The position numbers were made by a program, and so were the translations under genes. A stretch of 64,000 nt of DNA from assembly GCA_001464935.1 (NCBI GenBank), contig LNEL01000055.1, forward strand, positions 83,056 through 147,055. Reading direction: 5' to 3'. Of this stretch, positions 37,323 through 46,248 are shown piece by piece. This stretch comes from Gammaproteobacteria bacterium Ga0077536 (GTDB lineage: Bacteria; Pseudomonadota; Gammaproteobacteria; Ga0077536). The notes beneath the pieces were generated by a model. That model saw only the letters and a list, made by a program, of their open reading frames with translations, searched no databases and was not told the DNA's origin. Each line of letters starts with the position of its first letter. Position 1 is the stretch's first letter.

Positions 37323-37790
37323 ATGTCGTACCAGACCAGGCCGGACATCGGCGTCCCGGCCATCGCTGCGTTCAGGGACACCGTGAACGCTTTGCTCGAA
37401 CGCATTCCGGAGGCGTTGATCGGTCTTGCGGCGCGGCTCGGGGTGGCCGCGATCTTTTTTCTGTCCGGCCGCACGAAGGTCGAGGGCCTGATCTCGCTGA
37501 AGGACACCACGTACCTGCTGTTCGCGGAGGAATATCGTGTGCCGCTGCTGCCGTCGGACATCGCAGCGCACCTCGCGACCTATGCCGAGCACCTGCTGCC
37601 CGTGCTGCTCGTGCTGGGACTCACGACCCGGTTTGCCGCGCTCGGCCTGCTCGGCATGACGGCCGTGATCCAGGTGTTCGTCTACCCCGACGCGTGGCCC
37701 ACCCACCTGACCTGGGCGGCGCTGCTGCTCTATCTCGTCGCGCGCGGCGGCGGTGCCTGGTCACTCGACCGCTGGCTCCGCCTCGGCTGA
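37323..37790 (+). CDS. DoxX family membrane protein
   Basis: 155 aa with four TM helices. Perfect AAGGAG RBS. Confidence 0.85.
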   Translation: MSYQTRPDIGVPAIAAFRDTVNALLERIPEALIGLAARLGVAAIFFLSGRTKVEGLISLKDTTYLLFAEEYRVPLLPSDIAAHLATYAEHLLPVLLVLGLTTRFAALGLLGMTAVIQVFVYPDAWPTHLTWAALLLYLVARGGGAWSLDRWLRLG

Positions 37791-37803
37791 GCCGCCGGCG
37801 CGA

Positions 37804-39009
37804 TCAGATCAGCGGCGAGTTCTGCGGCAGGCCGAGCAGGATGCGGCCGTACATCTCGAGGTTCGTGCGGTGCGTGAGAATGCCGTGCAGGCTCGAAGTG
37901 TTGATGTCGCGCCAGATCCGCTGCAGGGGGTTCGACTCCCCGAACGCCGAGCCGCCGCTCGCCGACACCAGCAGGTTCACCGCTTCGCGCGCGTAGTGCA
38001 CGGCGCGACTGCAGTCCATTCGCATGCGCGCGCGGGCCGCGAGATCCGGATAGGAGCCAGCCGCGGCGAGGCTGTCGATGTCGTCCGCGGCGCGATACGC
38101 ATGCAGGTGCGCGGAGTCGATCAGCATCGCGGCCTCGGCAATCTGTTCGTGTGTGACGGGCGCGTCGATCTGGCGATCGTAGGAGGTGTAGATGATGCCG
38201 CGCGAGGGCATCTGCTCACCGAAACAGTCGAGCGCCGCGCGCGCGAGGCCGAGCGGCGGGCCGACGAGGATCATCACCAGCACCGGCATGAAGCCGGCAC
38301 GATACAGCGCCTCGTCCTTGTGTTCGGTCAGGTAACGGCCTTCGATCGCCCCGGTCAGCGACATCACCCGGTGATCGGGCACGAAGACTTCCGTGCCGAC
38401 GAGCGTATTGCTGCCCGTGCCGCGCATGCCAACGGAGAACCAGCTGTCTTCGATCGCAAGTTCGCTCATCGGGATCAGCGCAAAGCCCTGATCGACGACC
38501 GCGCCTGCGTCATCGACGACGGGGATACCCACCGCCGCCCACTGCGCGTGCAGGCACGCTGACGCCCACGGCCACTTGCCGGTGACGACGTATCCGTCGG
38601 CGACCCTGCGCGTGGTGGCGCGCGGCGCGACCACGGCACAGACGCGGGCATCCGGATCGGCGCCGAAAATCTCGGCCTGCACGCGCGCTGGGTACAGGCC
38701 AATCACCCACGAGCACATGTTCAACAGCGCCGTGACCCAGCCGGTCGAGCCGCAGGCGCGCGCGATCTCGCCCGAGATCGTGATCGTCGTGCGCAGATCG
38801 GCCTCTGCGCCGCCGTAGCGACGCGGCGTCGACACCCGCAGCAGGCCGGCCGCGCGCAGCGCGTCGATGTTCGCGTCGACGACGCGCCGCCCTGCCTCCG
38901 TCGCGGCGGCGTTGTCGCGAATCAGGGGAAACAGTTCGCGCGCCCTTTCGATCAGCGGGCCGGCCTCGAGCGGGGCACTGTGGCTGCGATACGGCAGGGC
39001 CTGCGACAT
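37804..39009 (-). CDS. acyl-CoA dehydrogenase family flavin-dependent monooxygenase
   Basis: 401 aa from M44 (AGGAG RBS); ACAD fold. Confidence 0.8.
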   Translation of the reverse strand: MSQALPYRSHSAPLEAGPLIERARELFPLIRDNAAATEAGRRVVDANIDALRAAGLLRVSTPRRYGGAEADLRTTITISGEIARACGSTGWVTALLNMCSWVIGLYPARVQAEIFGADPDARVCAVVAPRATTRRVADGYVVTGKWPWASACLHAQWAAVGIPVVDDAGAVVDQGFALIPMSELAIEDSWFSVGMRGTGSNTLVGTEVFVPDHRVMSLTGAIEGRYLTEHKDEALYRAGFMPVLVMILVGPPLGLARAALDCFGEQMPSRGIIYTSYDRQIDAPVTHEQIAEAAMLIDSAHLHAYRAADDIDSLAAAGSYPDLAARARMRMDCSRAVHYAREAVNLLVSASGGSAFGESNPLQRIWRDINTSSLHGILTHRTNLEMYGRILLGLPQNSPLI

Positions 39010-39253
39010 GGTGCGTGTCTCCTGGCAACGATGTTCAAACGGTTGAGGCCGGCGTGCATCGGGCCGCCGCTGCAGAGCGGTTGGCGGCGCGCACGGAAGG
39101 ACCGCTGCATTGTCGATGCAGGACCGCGGCGGAAACAATGGTGAGCCGTCTCTGCGCTGCAGCGCATCATTGCTCTCGCATCGTTCGCGCCGGTGTCGCG
39201 ATGCCTGCTGCTTTGCTTATGATTGCCCCTCCCCCACGACGGAGACGCGCGCC

Positions 39254-40936
39254 ATGGCCCACGACCTCATCATCCGCAACGGCACCGTGGTCGACGGCAC
39301 CGGTGCCCCGCGCATCCGCGCCGACGTCGCGATCAGCGACGGCATCATCACCGAAGTGGGCCAGATCAGCGGCAGCGCGAAACGCACGATTGACGCCTCC
39401 GATCTGATCGTCGCGCCCGGCTTCATCGATCCCCACACGCATTACGACGCGCAGATCTGCTGGGACAGCCTGCCGACGTCCTCGTGCTGGCACGGCATCA
39501 CCACGGTCGTGATGGGCAACTGCGGCGTGGGCCTCGCGCCGTGCCGCCCGGAGGCGCGCGAGATTGCGGCATGGGATCTCGTCAACGTCGAAGCAATTCC
39601 GTTCGACGTGCTGAGCAAGGGCGTGACCTGGGACTGGGAGTCCTTTCCCGAATACATGGATGCCGCCGCGCGCCGCAGGCCCGGGCTCAATCTCGCGTTC
39701 TATGCCGCGCTGACACCGTTCCGTCACTACGTGCTCGGCGAAGACTCGATGTCGCGCGCCGCCACCGCCGACGAGACCTCGCAGATCGCGCGCCTGCTGC
39801 GCGAAGCGATGGACGCGGGCGCGCTCGGCTTCACCACCACCAACGCCGCGCAGCACATCGGTTACCAGGGCCGTCCGCTGGCCTGCCGCAACGCGAGCCG
39901 CGACGAACTGAAGGCGTACGCGAACGTGCTGCGCGATCTCGGCCGCGGCACGATCGAAGTGTCGCTGACGAACGAAGTGTCGGTCGTCGACGATGCCGAG
40001 TACGAGCTGATGGATCTGCTGCTGCGCGAGAGCAACCGGCCGGTGACCTGGCTTGCGCTGCTGAACCGCGTCGACAACCCCGAGGCACCGCTGCGCACGC
40101 TCGATCGCATGGCGCCGCTGCACGCGCGCGGCGCGGTGCCGCAGGTGTCGTGCCGGCCGCTGATCGTGCAGCTCGACATGCGCAAGCCCTTCATGTTCGC
40201 GAACATGGCGTGCTGGAACCCGGTGTTCAACCGCAGCGTCGAGGAGCAGGCGGCGATCTATCGCCAGAGTGCCTTCCGCGATCAGTTCAGGGACGCGCTG
40301 AAGAATGCGAACATCTTCACCGGCGACTGGTCGCTGATGATCATCCATGAAGTCGAGAATGCCGCGCTGACGCCGCTGATCGGCCGCAGCGTCGCCGACA
40401 TCGCACGCGAGCGCGGTCGCGATTCGATCGACGTCTTCTTCGAGCTGACGCTCGAGGACAATCTCGCGATGCAGTTCACCTACGAGCTGTTCAATTCCGA
40501 CGAAAGCCGCACGCCGGACCTGATCTGCGATCCGCGCACGATGATCGGCTTCTCCGACGGCGGCGCGCACGTCGACATGTTCTGCGACGCCGGCTACGCG
40601 ACCTACCTGCTCGGCACCTGGGTGCGCGACAAGGCCGCGCTGTCGCTCGAACAGGCGGTCAAACGCATGACGACCGAACCCGCCGCGTTCTTCGGCATCA
40701 CGCAGCGCGGCCGGATCGCACCCGGCCTCGCGGCGGACTTCGCGATCTTCGACCTGTCACGCGTCGGCTCCAAGAAGCGCGGCGAGATGGCACACGACCT
40801 GCCCGGCGGCGGACGCCGCCTCGTCGTGCCGTCCACCGGCATCGAGTACACCATCGTCAACGGCGTCCCGCTGTTCGAGCGCGGCAAGGATTCCGGCGCC
40901 CGCCACGGCCAGGTGCTCCGCTCCGGACGCGCCTGA
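39254..40936 (+). CDS. N-acyl-D-amino-acid deacylase (D-aminoacylase) family amidohydrolase
   Basis: MAHDLIIRNGTVVDGTG...GFIDPHTHYD metal-dependent hydrolase motifs. Confidence 0.85.
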   Translation: MAHDLIIRNGTVVDGTGAPRIRADVAISDGIITEVGQISGSAKRTIDASDLIVAPGFIDPHTHYDAQICWDSLPTSSCWHGITTVVMGNCGVGLAPCRPEAREIAAWDLVNVEAIPFDVLSKGVTWDWESFPEYMDAAARRRPGLNLAFYAALTPFRHYVLGEDSMSRAATADETSQIARLLREAMDAGALGFTTTNAAQHIGYQGRPLACRNASRDELKAYANVLRDLGRGTIEVSLTNEVSVVDDAEYELMDLLLRESNRPVTWLALLNRVDNPEAPLRTLDRMAPLHARGAVPQVSCRPLIVQLDMRKPFMFANMACWNPVFNRSVEEQAAIYRQSAFRDQFRDALKNANIFTGDWSLMIIHEVENAALTPLIGRSVADIARERGRDSIDVFFELTLEDNLAMQFTYELFNSDESRTPDLICDPRTMIGFSDGGAHVDMFCDAGYATYLLGTWVRDKAALSLEQAVKRMTTEPAAFFGITQRGRIAPGLAADFAIFDLSRVGSKKRGEMAHDLPGGGRRLVVPSTGIEYTIVNGVPLFERGKDSGARHGQVLRSGRA

Positions 40937-40961
40937 GTTCCGGTAGCGGGTGGCTGCTGCG

Positions 40962-41014
40962 TAATTGGGGACAGATCTATTTAATCGCCAAAAATAGATC
41001 TGTCCCCATTTTCG
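40962..41014. repeat. REP doublet: TAATTGGGGACAGATCTATTTAATCG abutting its inverse CCAAAAATAGATCTGTCCCCATTTTCG
   Basis: Minimal element made of the left and right REPs of the RAYT unit with nothing between them. Confidence 0.7.
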
Positions 41015-41122
41015 CCCGTGTCAACCGCTGAGCTGGAGCCGCTGGTGCGCGGCGCCCCTGTAAGCAACCCATCGACCTTGCCTGGACGCTGTCGTGGGAC
41101 GGACATGGCCAGTTCATCTTCC

Positions 41123-41163
41123 AAATGGGGACAGATCTATTTTCTTGAATATATCTGTCCCGA
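41123..41163. repeat. degenerate REP doublet (CCAAATGGGGACAGATCTATTTTCTTGAATATATCTGTCCCGAGG)
   Basis: Same GGGGACAGATCT core, decayed. Confidence 0.5.
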
Positions 41164-41305
41164 GGACTCGCGCCCCGACTCAATCCACGCGGCGGCGGCG
41201 CGAGGCGAGCAGCGCGGTGGCGCCGGCCATCAGCCACAAAGCGCCCGGGACGGGTACCGGCTGCGGGGCGGTGAGGCCCTGCAGATCGAACGCGATGCCG
41301 GAGTC

Positions 41306-42055
41306 CTAGGCCTCGTCGCCAAAGTTCACGACGCCCACTTCCAACTGGTAGGTGCCGGCGCCCGGCGTGACCAGTGACTGCAGCCAACCGGTGAAACCGC
41401 AACCTTCGGCGTTGTCGCGCCAGCAGGTGCCGTTCCACTCGCCGAGCGGCGACCAGTCGATGGGGTCGAAGTCACTGGACTTGGTGGTGCGCGTGTTGAA
41501 CTCGAACTCGTCGTAATTGACGATCACCGTGTCCACGTCGAAGTCCACGGTGTTGTTGTCGGCCTTGCTCAACGCATTGCCGGGCACGACGTTCTGCTTG
41601 TTGCCATTGGTGCTGCGCGCGGTGAAGAGCCACGCCGCCGTGTCGCCGGCGCTGTCGATGAGCCGAGCCCATGCGTAATCGTCGAACCCCTTGCCATCGG
41701 TCGAGACGTAGTTGAAATACGCCGCGACGGACTCGCCGGCCGCGAGCGTGAAGGGCGCCGACGTGTACGAGGAGCCATTGGTCTGGGTGAAATCCGCGCC
41801 GCCACCGCCGCTCTCGACGATGTGCAGCGGCGAGACGTTGTGGGCGGTCGAGCTGTTGGTCGTCAGGTAGGCATAGCCGGGGCTGCCGAACGGCGACAAG
41901 GTGATATCGCCGTCGGCGCCGAGCACGCCGCAACTGCCGACACAGGTCCAGGTGGCGAGATCCGGGCTGACACCGGCCGCGGCAACCGATGTACTGGCCA
42001 GGCCAGCGGCAGCCGCCGCCAGGCCGGCGAGGAGTTTCAGGTTCTTTTTGTTCAT
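41306..42055 (-). CDS. secreted hypothetical protein
   Basis: Start at MNKKNLKLLAGLAAAAAGLASTSVAAAG (Sec signal). No recognisable catalytic motif. Sits between REP copies. Confidence 0.55.
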   Translation of the reverse strand: MNKKNLKLLAGLAAAAAGLASTSVAAAGVSPDLATWTCVGSCGVLGADGDITLSPFGSPGYAYLTTNSSTAHNVSPLHIVESGGGGADFTQTNGSSYTSAPFTLAAGESVAAYFNYVSTDGKGFDDYAWARLIDSAGDTAAWLFTARSTNGNKQNVVPGNALSKADNNTVDFDVDTVIVNYDEFEFNTRTTKSSDFDPIDWSPLGEWNGTCWRDNAEGCGFTGWLQSLVTPGAGTYQLEVGVVNFGDEA

Positions 42056-42192
42056 CAAGGCGTCCTTCAGGGGTGATTGAACGGGCGGAAAGTGCGGCCC
42101 TGCCGTCTGTCTGGCGCCGCCGGTTGTAGTACCCGTTAATCCAGCCGGCACGACAGATGGTTCAAAGCCAGGAAGTGGCGCTTGTGAACACG

Positions 42193-43095
42193 TAATTGGG
42201 GACAGATCTATTTAATCTGTTTAATCGCATCAACAGTCGCGCTCGAGCCGCGGTCCGCGCGGCCGGCCGCGGGGCCTGAGCTCGATTCGCCGGCCTAAAA
42301 TCGACGCCACTTCTTCCGTAAATCGTTCGCCTCCCGTCAGATGGCCCCGTTGTATCCCCATTAGAATCAAGTCCCCCTCGGCCGGTGGTAGCGGCTCACG
42401 CAGGTAGTCGCGCCACGCTTGCACGAGCGGCGGTGAATTGGAGGACCATGCGTCGTCCAGGAGCTGCGGCTCAATCAATCCAAGGCGTTCCTGGCAGCTC
42501 GACCAGGGATAATCCTCTGGCGCGACGGCGATACCGGCGCGCACCGGGTTCAGTTCGATGTAGCGGCAGCAGGCATGGAGATAGGCCTCGCTCTGGACGA
42601 CGCTCGACTTGTAGCGGCCGTCCCAAAGCGTGCCGGTGCGACGCTCCTGTGCGTTGTGATAACGCGTTTGGCGCCCGGCCAGGCGCTTCATCAAACGCGC
42701 CAGGCTGTCCTTGCGCGCCGGCACGAGCAGTAGATGCACGTGATTGGTCATCAGGCACCAGGCGAACACCCGAACTTCGCATTCGGCCTTCAGTGCAGAA
42801 AGCGAATCGAGATATCGTAAATAGTCGGCAGCCTCCGCAAACGTGGCCTGTCGATTGTGTCCGCGCTGGACCACGTGGTGGGGATACCCCGGCATGACAA
42901 TACGTGCCATCCGTGGCATCGCTTGCGTCCTCTGTGACTGGAAACTGCACCCGTTGAAGGATGCCTGGAGGCTGCATTAAAGAACAGTCGTCGCGCCTGC
43001 GCTTTTCGCGGGGCGGAGCGGCATGCGGCGTGGGCGATAAAGCGGGGCTCGAAGTCAAAAATCGAAGTCAAAAACAGATCCGTCCCCTTTTTTCG
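42193..43095 (-). mobile_element. complete REP-RAYT-REP unit
   Basis: Left REP TAATTGGGGACAGATCTATTTAATC (42193..42217), the tnpA-like gene, and right REP CAAAAACAGATCCGTCCCCTTTTTTCG (43069..43095) in inverted orientation. Confidence 0.8.
42230..42919 (-). CDS. REP-associated tyrosine transposase (RAYT; IS200/IS605 Y1 TnpA-like)
   Basis: PGYPHHVVQRGHNRQ, HxH motif in CLMTNHVHLLL, catalytic Tyr region RYIELNPVRAG. Confidence 0.85.
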   Translation of the reverse strand: MPRMARIVMPGYPHHVVQRGHNRQATFAEAADYLRYLDSLSALKAECEVRVFAWCLMTNHVHLLLVPARKDSLARLMKRLAGRQTRYHNAQERRTGTLWDGRYKSSVVQSEAYLHACCRYIELNPVRAGIAVAPEDYPWSSCQERLGLIEPQLLDDAWSSNSPPLVQAWRDYLREPLPPAEGDLILMGIQRGHLTGGERFTEEVASILGRRIELRPRGRPRGPRLERDC

Positions 43096-43180
43096 CGGTT
43101 GCCGGTCGGGTCGAGAAGAGGCGGTTGCTCGCCGCCGAGGTCTGGGTGGTAAGCCGGCTCATGTTGTCGTAACCGCACTT

Positions 43181-43205
43181 GAATAGATCTGTCCCGGATT
43201 TTCCG
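43181..43205. repeat. solo REP (GAATAGATCTGTCCCGGATTTTCCG)
   Basis: Matches the right-REP consensus. Confidence 0.5.
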
Positions 43206-43254
43206 ATTTCTTGCTGGCCACCGCGGCGCAATGCTGGCGCCGAACATCTGGGCA

Positions 43255-43407
43255 TAATTGGGGACAGATCTATTTAATCGGCTCAAAAGTCGCGCTCGAG
43301 TCGAGATCCGAGCGACCGGCCAAGGGCCCCGAGCTCGACTCGTCGGCCTAGAATCGACACAACTTCCTCCGTAATTCAGCCGAAAATAGATCCGTCCCCT
43401 TTTTCAG
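43255..43407. mobile_element. RAYT-deletion MITE: left REP + ~120 bp homologous to the 3' end of tnpA + right REP
   Basis: The interior aligns with 42219..42330 (the C-terminal codons of the RAYT and its downstream flank). Confidence 0.7.
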
Positions 43408-43557
43408 ATGTACGTGGAACCGAGGCAAGGTCACAATTCCAGGCGTCGCGCGAAAAGACTCGATTCTCGACGTCCGCTTCAGCAATGCCGATTCAGTAAC
43501 CCTTTCATCCAGCCTATAATCAGTGTCTCAATCACCTTCCCCCCCAACGGAGACCAC

Positions 43558-43680
43558 ATGGCCAAGCCACCCAACTACAAACAAGAGAAAAAGCGCCGCG
43601 AAGATGCGCAAAAGAAAAAGAAGGAACTGGAGCAGCAGCAAAAAGTCGCCCGCAAGAATTCGCCCGTCATTCCTCAGTGA
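43558..43680 (+). CDS. small Lys/Glu-rich protein (40 aa; DUF2986-like)
   Basis: MAKPPNYKQEKKRREDAQKKKKELEQQQKVARKNSPVIPQ with a GGAG RBS. GTGA overlap with the next gene. Local GC clearly lower than the surroundings. Confidence 0.4.
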   Translation: MAKPPNYKQEKKRREDAQKKKKELEQQQKVARKNSPVIPQ

Positions 43681-44279
43681 ATGGCGCGCTCGAGCTGGAA
43701 TGTGACAGGGCACCAGACACTGACACTGAGGAGCCGATTCTTGCTGCAACTAAAAAGTGGCTGGAACGCGCTGTAATCGGACTGGGCCTTTGTCCTTTCG
43801 CCGCAAACGTGCTTCTGCGCGATCAAATCCGCTATCGAGTCAGCACGCAGGATTCGACAACTGGTTTGCTGCAGGATCTCTCCTGCGAGCTACAGTTTCT
43901 TCGCGATACAGACCCGCAGCGCTGTGAGACGAGTTTGCTGATTCACCCTCACGTGCTCAGCAATTTTTTTGACTATAACGAATTCCTGAACGAGGCTGAT
44001 GAAGCCGTTTTTGAGCTGGGGCTCACGGGTGAACTGCAAATCGCCAGCTTTCATCCGGCTTATCAGTTTGCTGGATGCGCGCCGGACGACATTGAGAACT
44101 ACAGCAACCGCTCGCCCTACCCGATGTTGCATCTCCTGCGAGAAGCGAGCGTCGCGCGCGCGGTGGCGACTTTCCCCGGTATCAACGAAATAGGCAGCAA
44201 CAACATCTCGACCTTGCGTCGCTTGGGGAAAGCCGGTTGGCAACGATTAGATCTGAACCCCTCCCCAACGTCGACGTAA
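43677..44279 (+). CDS. DUF1415 domain protein
   Basis: GLCPFA motif; 200 aa; low-GC region. Confidence 0.7.
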   Translation: MNGALELECDRAPDTDTEEPILAATKKWLERAVIGLGLCPFAANVLLRDQIRYRVSTQDSTTGLLQDLSCELQFLRDTDPQRCETSLLIHPHVLSNFFDYNEFLNEADEAVFELGLTGELQIASFHPAYQFAGCAPDDIENYSNRSPYPMLHLLREASVARAVATFPGINEIGSNNISTLRRLGKAGWQRLDLNPSPTST

Positions 44280-44307
44280 AGCACAGATCAATGGCTGATC
44301 CCCGGGC

Positions 44308-44416
44308 TAATTGGGGACAGATCTATTTAATCGCCTTTCGCGGGGCAAAGCGGCACGTGGCGCGGGCGACAGGACAAAGCTCGAAGCCAAAAATAGATCT
44401 GTCCCCTTTTTCTCGG
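44308..44416. repeat. RAYT-derived MITE: left REP + ~55 bp homologous to the RAYT 5' flank + right REP
   Basis: CCTTTCGCGGGGCAAAGCGGCACGTGGCGCGGGCGACAGGACAAAGCTCGAAGCCAAAAATAGATCTGTCCCC aligns with 42990..43090 upstream of tnpA. Confidence 0.65.
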
Positions 44417-44500
44417 TTTCATTTCGTTATACCCGGACTACCCGGAGGCGCAATATCCGCCGGAAGCGGCGAGTCATTCAGCTTCTTGCGCGACCGGTGG

Positions 44501-44992
44501 CTATGCTGGTTTTGCCTGTTCGAAGCGGGCCACGAGCAGCGCGAGTGCCTCGGGCGGCAGCTGATCGCGAGGGAAGACGATGAAGATTTCGGCGTCGCGC
44601 GGTTTGCGGCGGAGCAGGAGGCAGGGCTCGAGGTATTCGAGGCCATCGAAGGCGGCCCAATACGCTTCGATGTTTCCCAGTGCCGACTGTTCACGCAGCA
44701 CGGACTCGCCAATCTCGTAGCGCAGTGGCTCGGTGCCGAGCACGTCGAGTTGCAGCTGCGCGATCCGCACGGCGTTCGCGCGCATCGAATCCAGGAAGGC
44801 CATCACCAGCACGCTCGCAGTCGTCAGGGCGACGGCCGGCCACGGTGCGGCGCGCATCAGGAACATCGCCAGCACGCTGCCGGCGCCGATGACGCCGGCG
44901 ATGTAGTAGGGTCGCCGGAAACGGCGCTGCCACCACGCGGTATAGGCTGCCCGCAGCGTCTCCGGCGTATGCCGGATGTCAAAGGCGATCAC
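44501..44992 (-). CDS. YcxB-like membrane protein (start uncertain)
   Basis: Two TM helices (VIGAGSVLAMFLMRAAPWPAVALTTASVLVMAFL). Tentative GTG start; the Arg-rich upstream part of the track ORF is discounted. Confidence 0.4.
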   Translation of the reverse strand: MIAFDIRHTPETLRAAYTAWWQRRFRRPYYIAGVIGAGSVLAMFLMRAAPWPAVALTTASVLVMAFLDSMRANAVRIAQLQLDVLGTEPLRYEIGESVLREQSALGNIEAYWAAFDGLEYLEPCLLLRRKPRDAEIFIVFPRDQLPPEALALLVARFEQAKPA

Positions 44993-45078
44993 GCTGCCGG
45001 CCCTGTGCTGCGCGAAACTCGCGCGCAGCCACCCGTGTCGCGCGGATTCGCAGCGCCGGTGACGGCCGGCCGCCGCAT

Positions 45079-45453
45079 TCAGGCGTGCGTTTCGGCCATG
45101 TAGACCTTCTGCGCGATCTGCCAGCGGCCGTCGATCTTCAGGAACGACAGGATGTCGGTGAAGTAACGCGGCGGCACCGCGCATTTCAGTTTCACGTGCG
45201 CCATCGTCGGGCCGATCAAATCGATGCTGAGGATGTGGTCGTCGCGCTGCTTGCCGGCGGCCTTCGGGGATTCCCGATTCTTCACCATCTCGCACCACTG
45301 GTCGCGTGGAATGATCTTCAGCTCGCCGTCGAGTACGGCGGTCAGCGCGCAGGTCTGGTGAAAGACGGCGGCGAGCTTCGCCGCATCGCCTTCGTAGAGC
45401 CCGTCGAGATAGGTCTGCGTCGCGGCGCGAATCTCATTCAGATCGTTGGACAT
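45079..45453 (-). CDS. NTF2-like (SnoaL/DUF4440) protein
   Basis: 124 aa; last gene of the LLM-ADC operon. Confidence 0.6.
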   Translation of the reverse strand: MSNDLNEIRAATQTYLDGLYEGDAAKLAAVFHQTCALTAVLDGELKIIPRDQWCEMVKNRESPKAAGKQRDDHILSIDLIGPTMAHVKLKCAVPPRYFTDILSFLKIDGRWQIAQKVYMAETHA

Positions 45454-45486
45454 CGCAATCTCTCCTGGTGTGGGCGGGCGGTAGGA

Positions 45487-46248
45487 TCAGCGGGCGATTT
45501 TCTTCGCGCCGCCCTGTTCGGCCGGCACGACGAAGTCAGCGGTGAAACGCGGCGCGTGCAGCGTGGCGTCGACCAGCGCGTGTGTGCCGGACATCGGGTA
45601 CTTCGGTGTGATGCGGGCGTCGCCGAGGCCGGCGGCGTCGAATGTCAGCAGCTGCGGCGTGCCGCGAATCACGCGCTTGAATGAGTAGCCCGCTTCCATC
45701 TGCACCATCATCGGCTGGTCGCCGACGCGCGCGGGATTCAGGGCCGGCGAATACTTCACCGCGGCACCCGCCCCGACGACCGGCTGCATGTGCGTGGTGA
45801 CGGTGTCGAGCAGCGTGCGGCCGTTCTGGACGATGCGGCCCTGCAGGCGATCGTAGTTCTCGCGGTAGTGCACGTCCGCGACCTCATAGTTGAAGCCGTA
45901 GCGTCGCTGCAGCCACTCGCCGACGTCCGCGCGTGTCACGTAAGCCGCATGAATCAGATGGCGCGGCTTGATGCCGGTGCGGCACGCCAGGCCGAGCCAC
46001 GCGCATTCGAAGGCGCCCAGCGGCCCGCCGTCGCAGCGCCAGAAGGTGACGCCGAGATGGGCGGGAATCGCCGGGTGCAGGCTCGCGGGCAGGCATTCGA
46101 GCGCGGCCTCCATCGGCACTTCGAACAGCGCGTAGTGCACCTGCAGATTCTCGAGCGTGAGGTCTTCGGTCAGGCTGATATCGAGGCGGGCCGTGACCTC
46201 ACGCCAGTCAGCGGCGGGGCGATGGCCATACAGCAGTTCGGCTTTCAT
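45487..46248 (-). CDS. acetoacetate decarboxylase (ADC) family protein
   Basis: Start at an internal ATG that overlaps the stop of the upstream LLM gene (ATGA). 253 aa ADC-like beta-cone fold sequence. The N-terminal 225 aa of the track ORF are junk. Confidence 0.8.
   Translation of the reverse strand: MKAELLYGHRPAADWREVTARLDISLTEDLTLENLQVHYALFEVPMEAALECLPASLHPAIPAHLGVTFWRCDGGPLGAFECAWLGLACRTGIKPRHLIHAAYVTRADVGEWLQRRYGFNYEVADVHYRENYDRLQGRIVQNGRTLLDTVTTHMQPVVGAGAAVKYSPALNPARVGDQPMMVQMEAGYSFKRVIRGTPQLLTFDAAGLGDARITPKYPMSGTHALVDATLHAPRFTADFVVPAEQGGAKKIAR

Noticed and set aside
39167-40570. 467-aa - strand ORF (also 25278..26405, 28173..29267 and 47780..49498)
   Set aside because: Antisense to the D-aminoacylase, LLM, LigB and F420-beta-like genes respectively. 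Composition-driven open frames.
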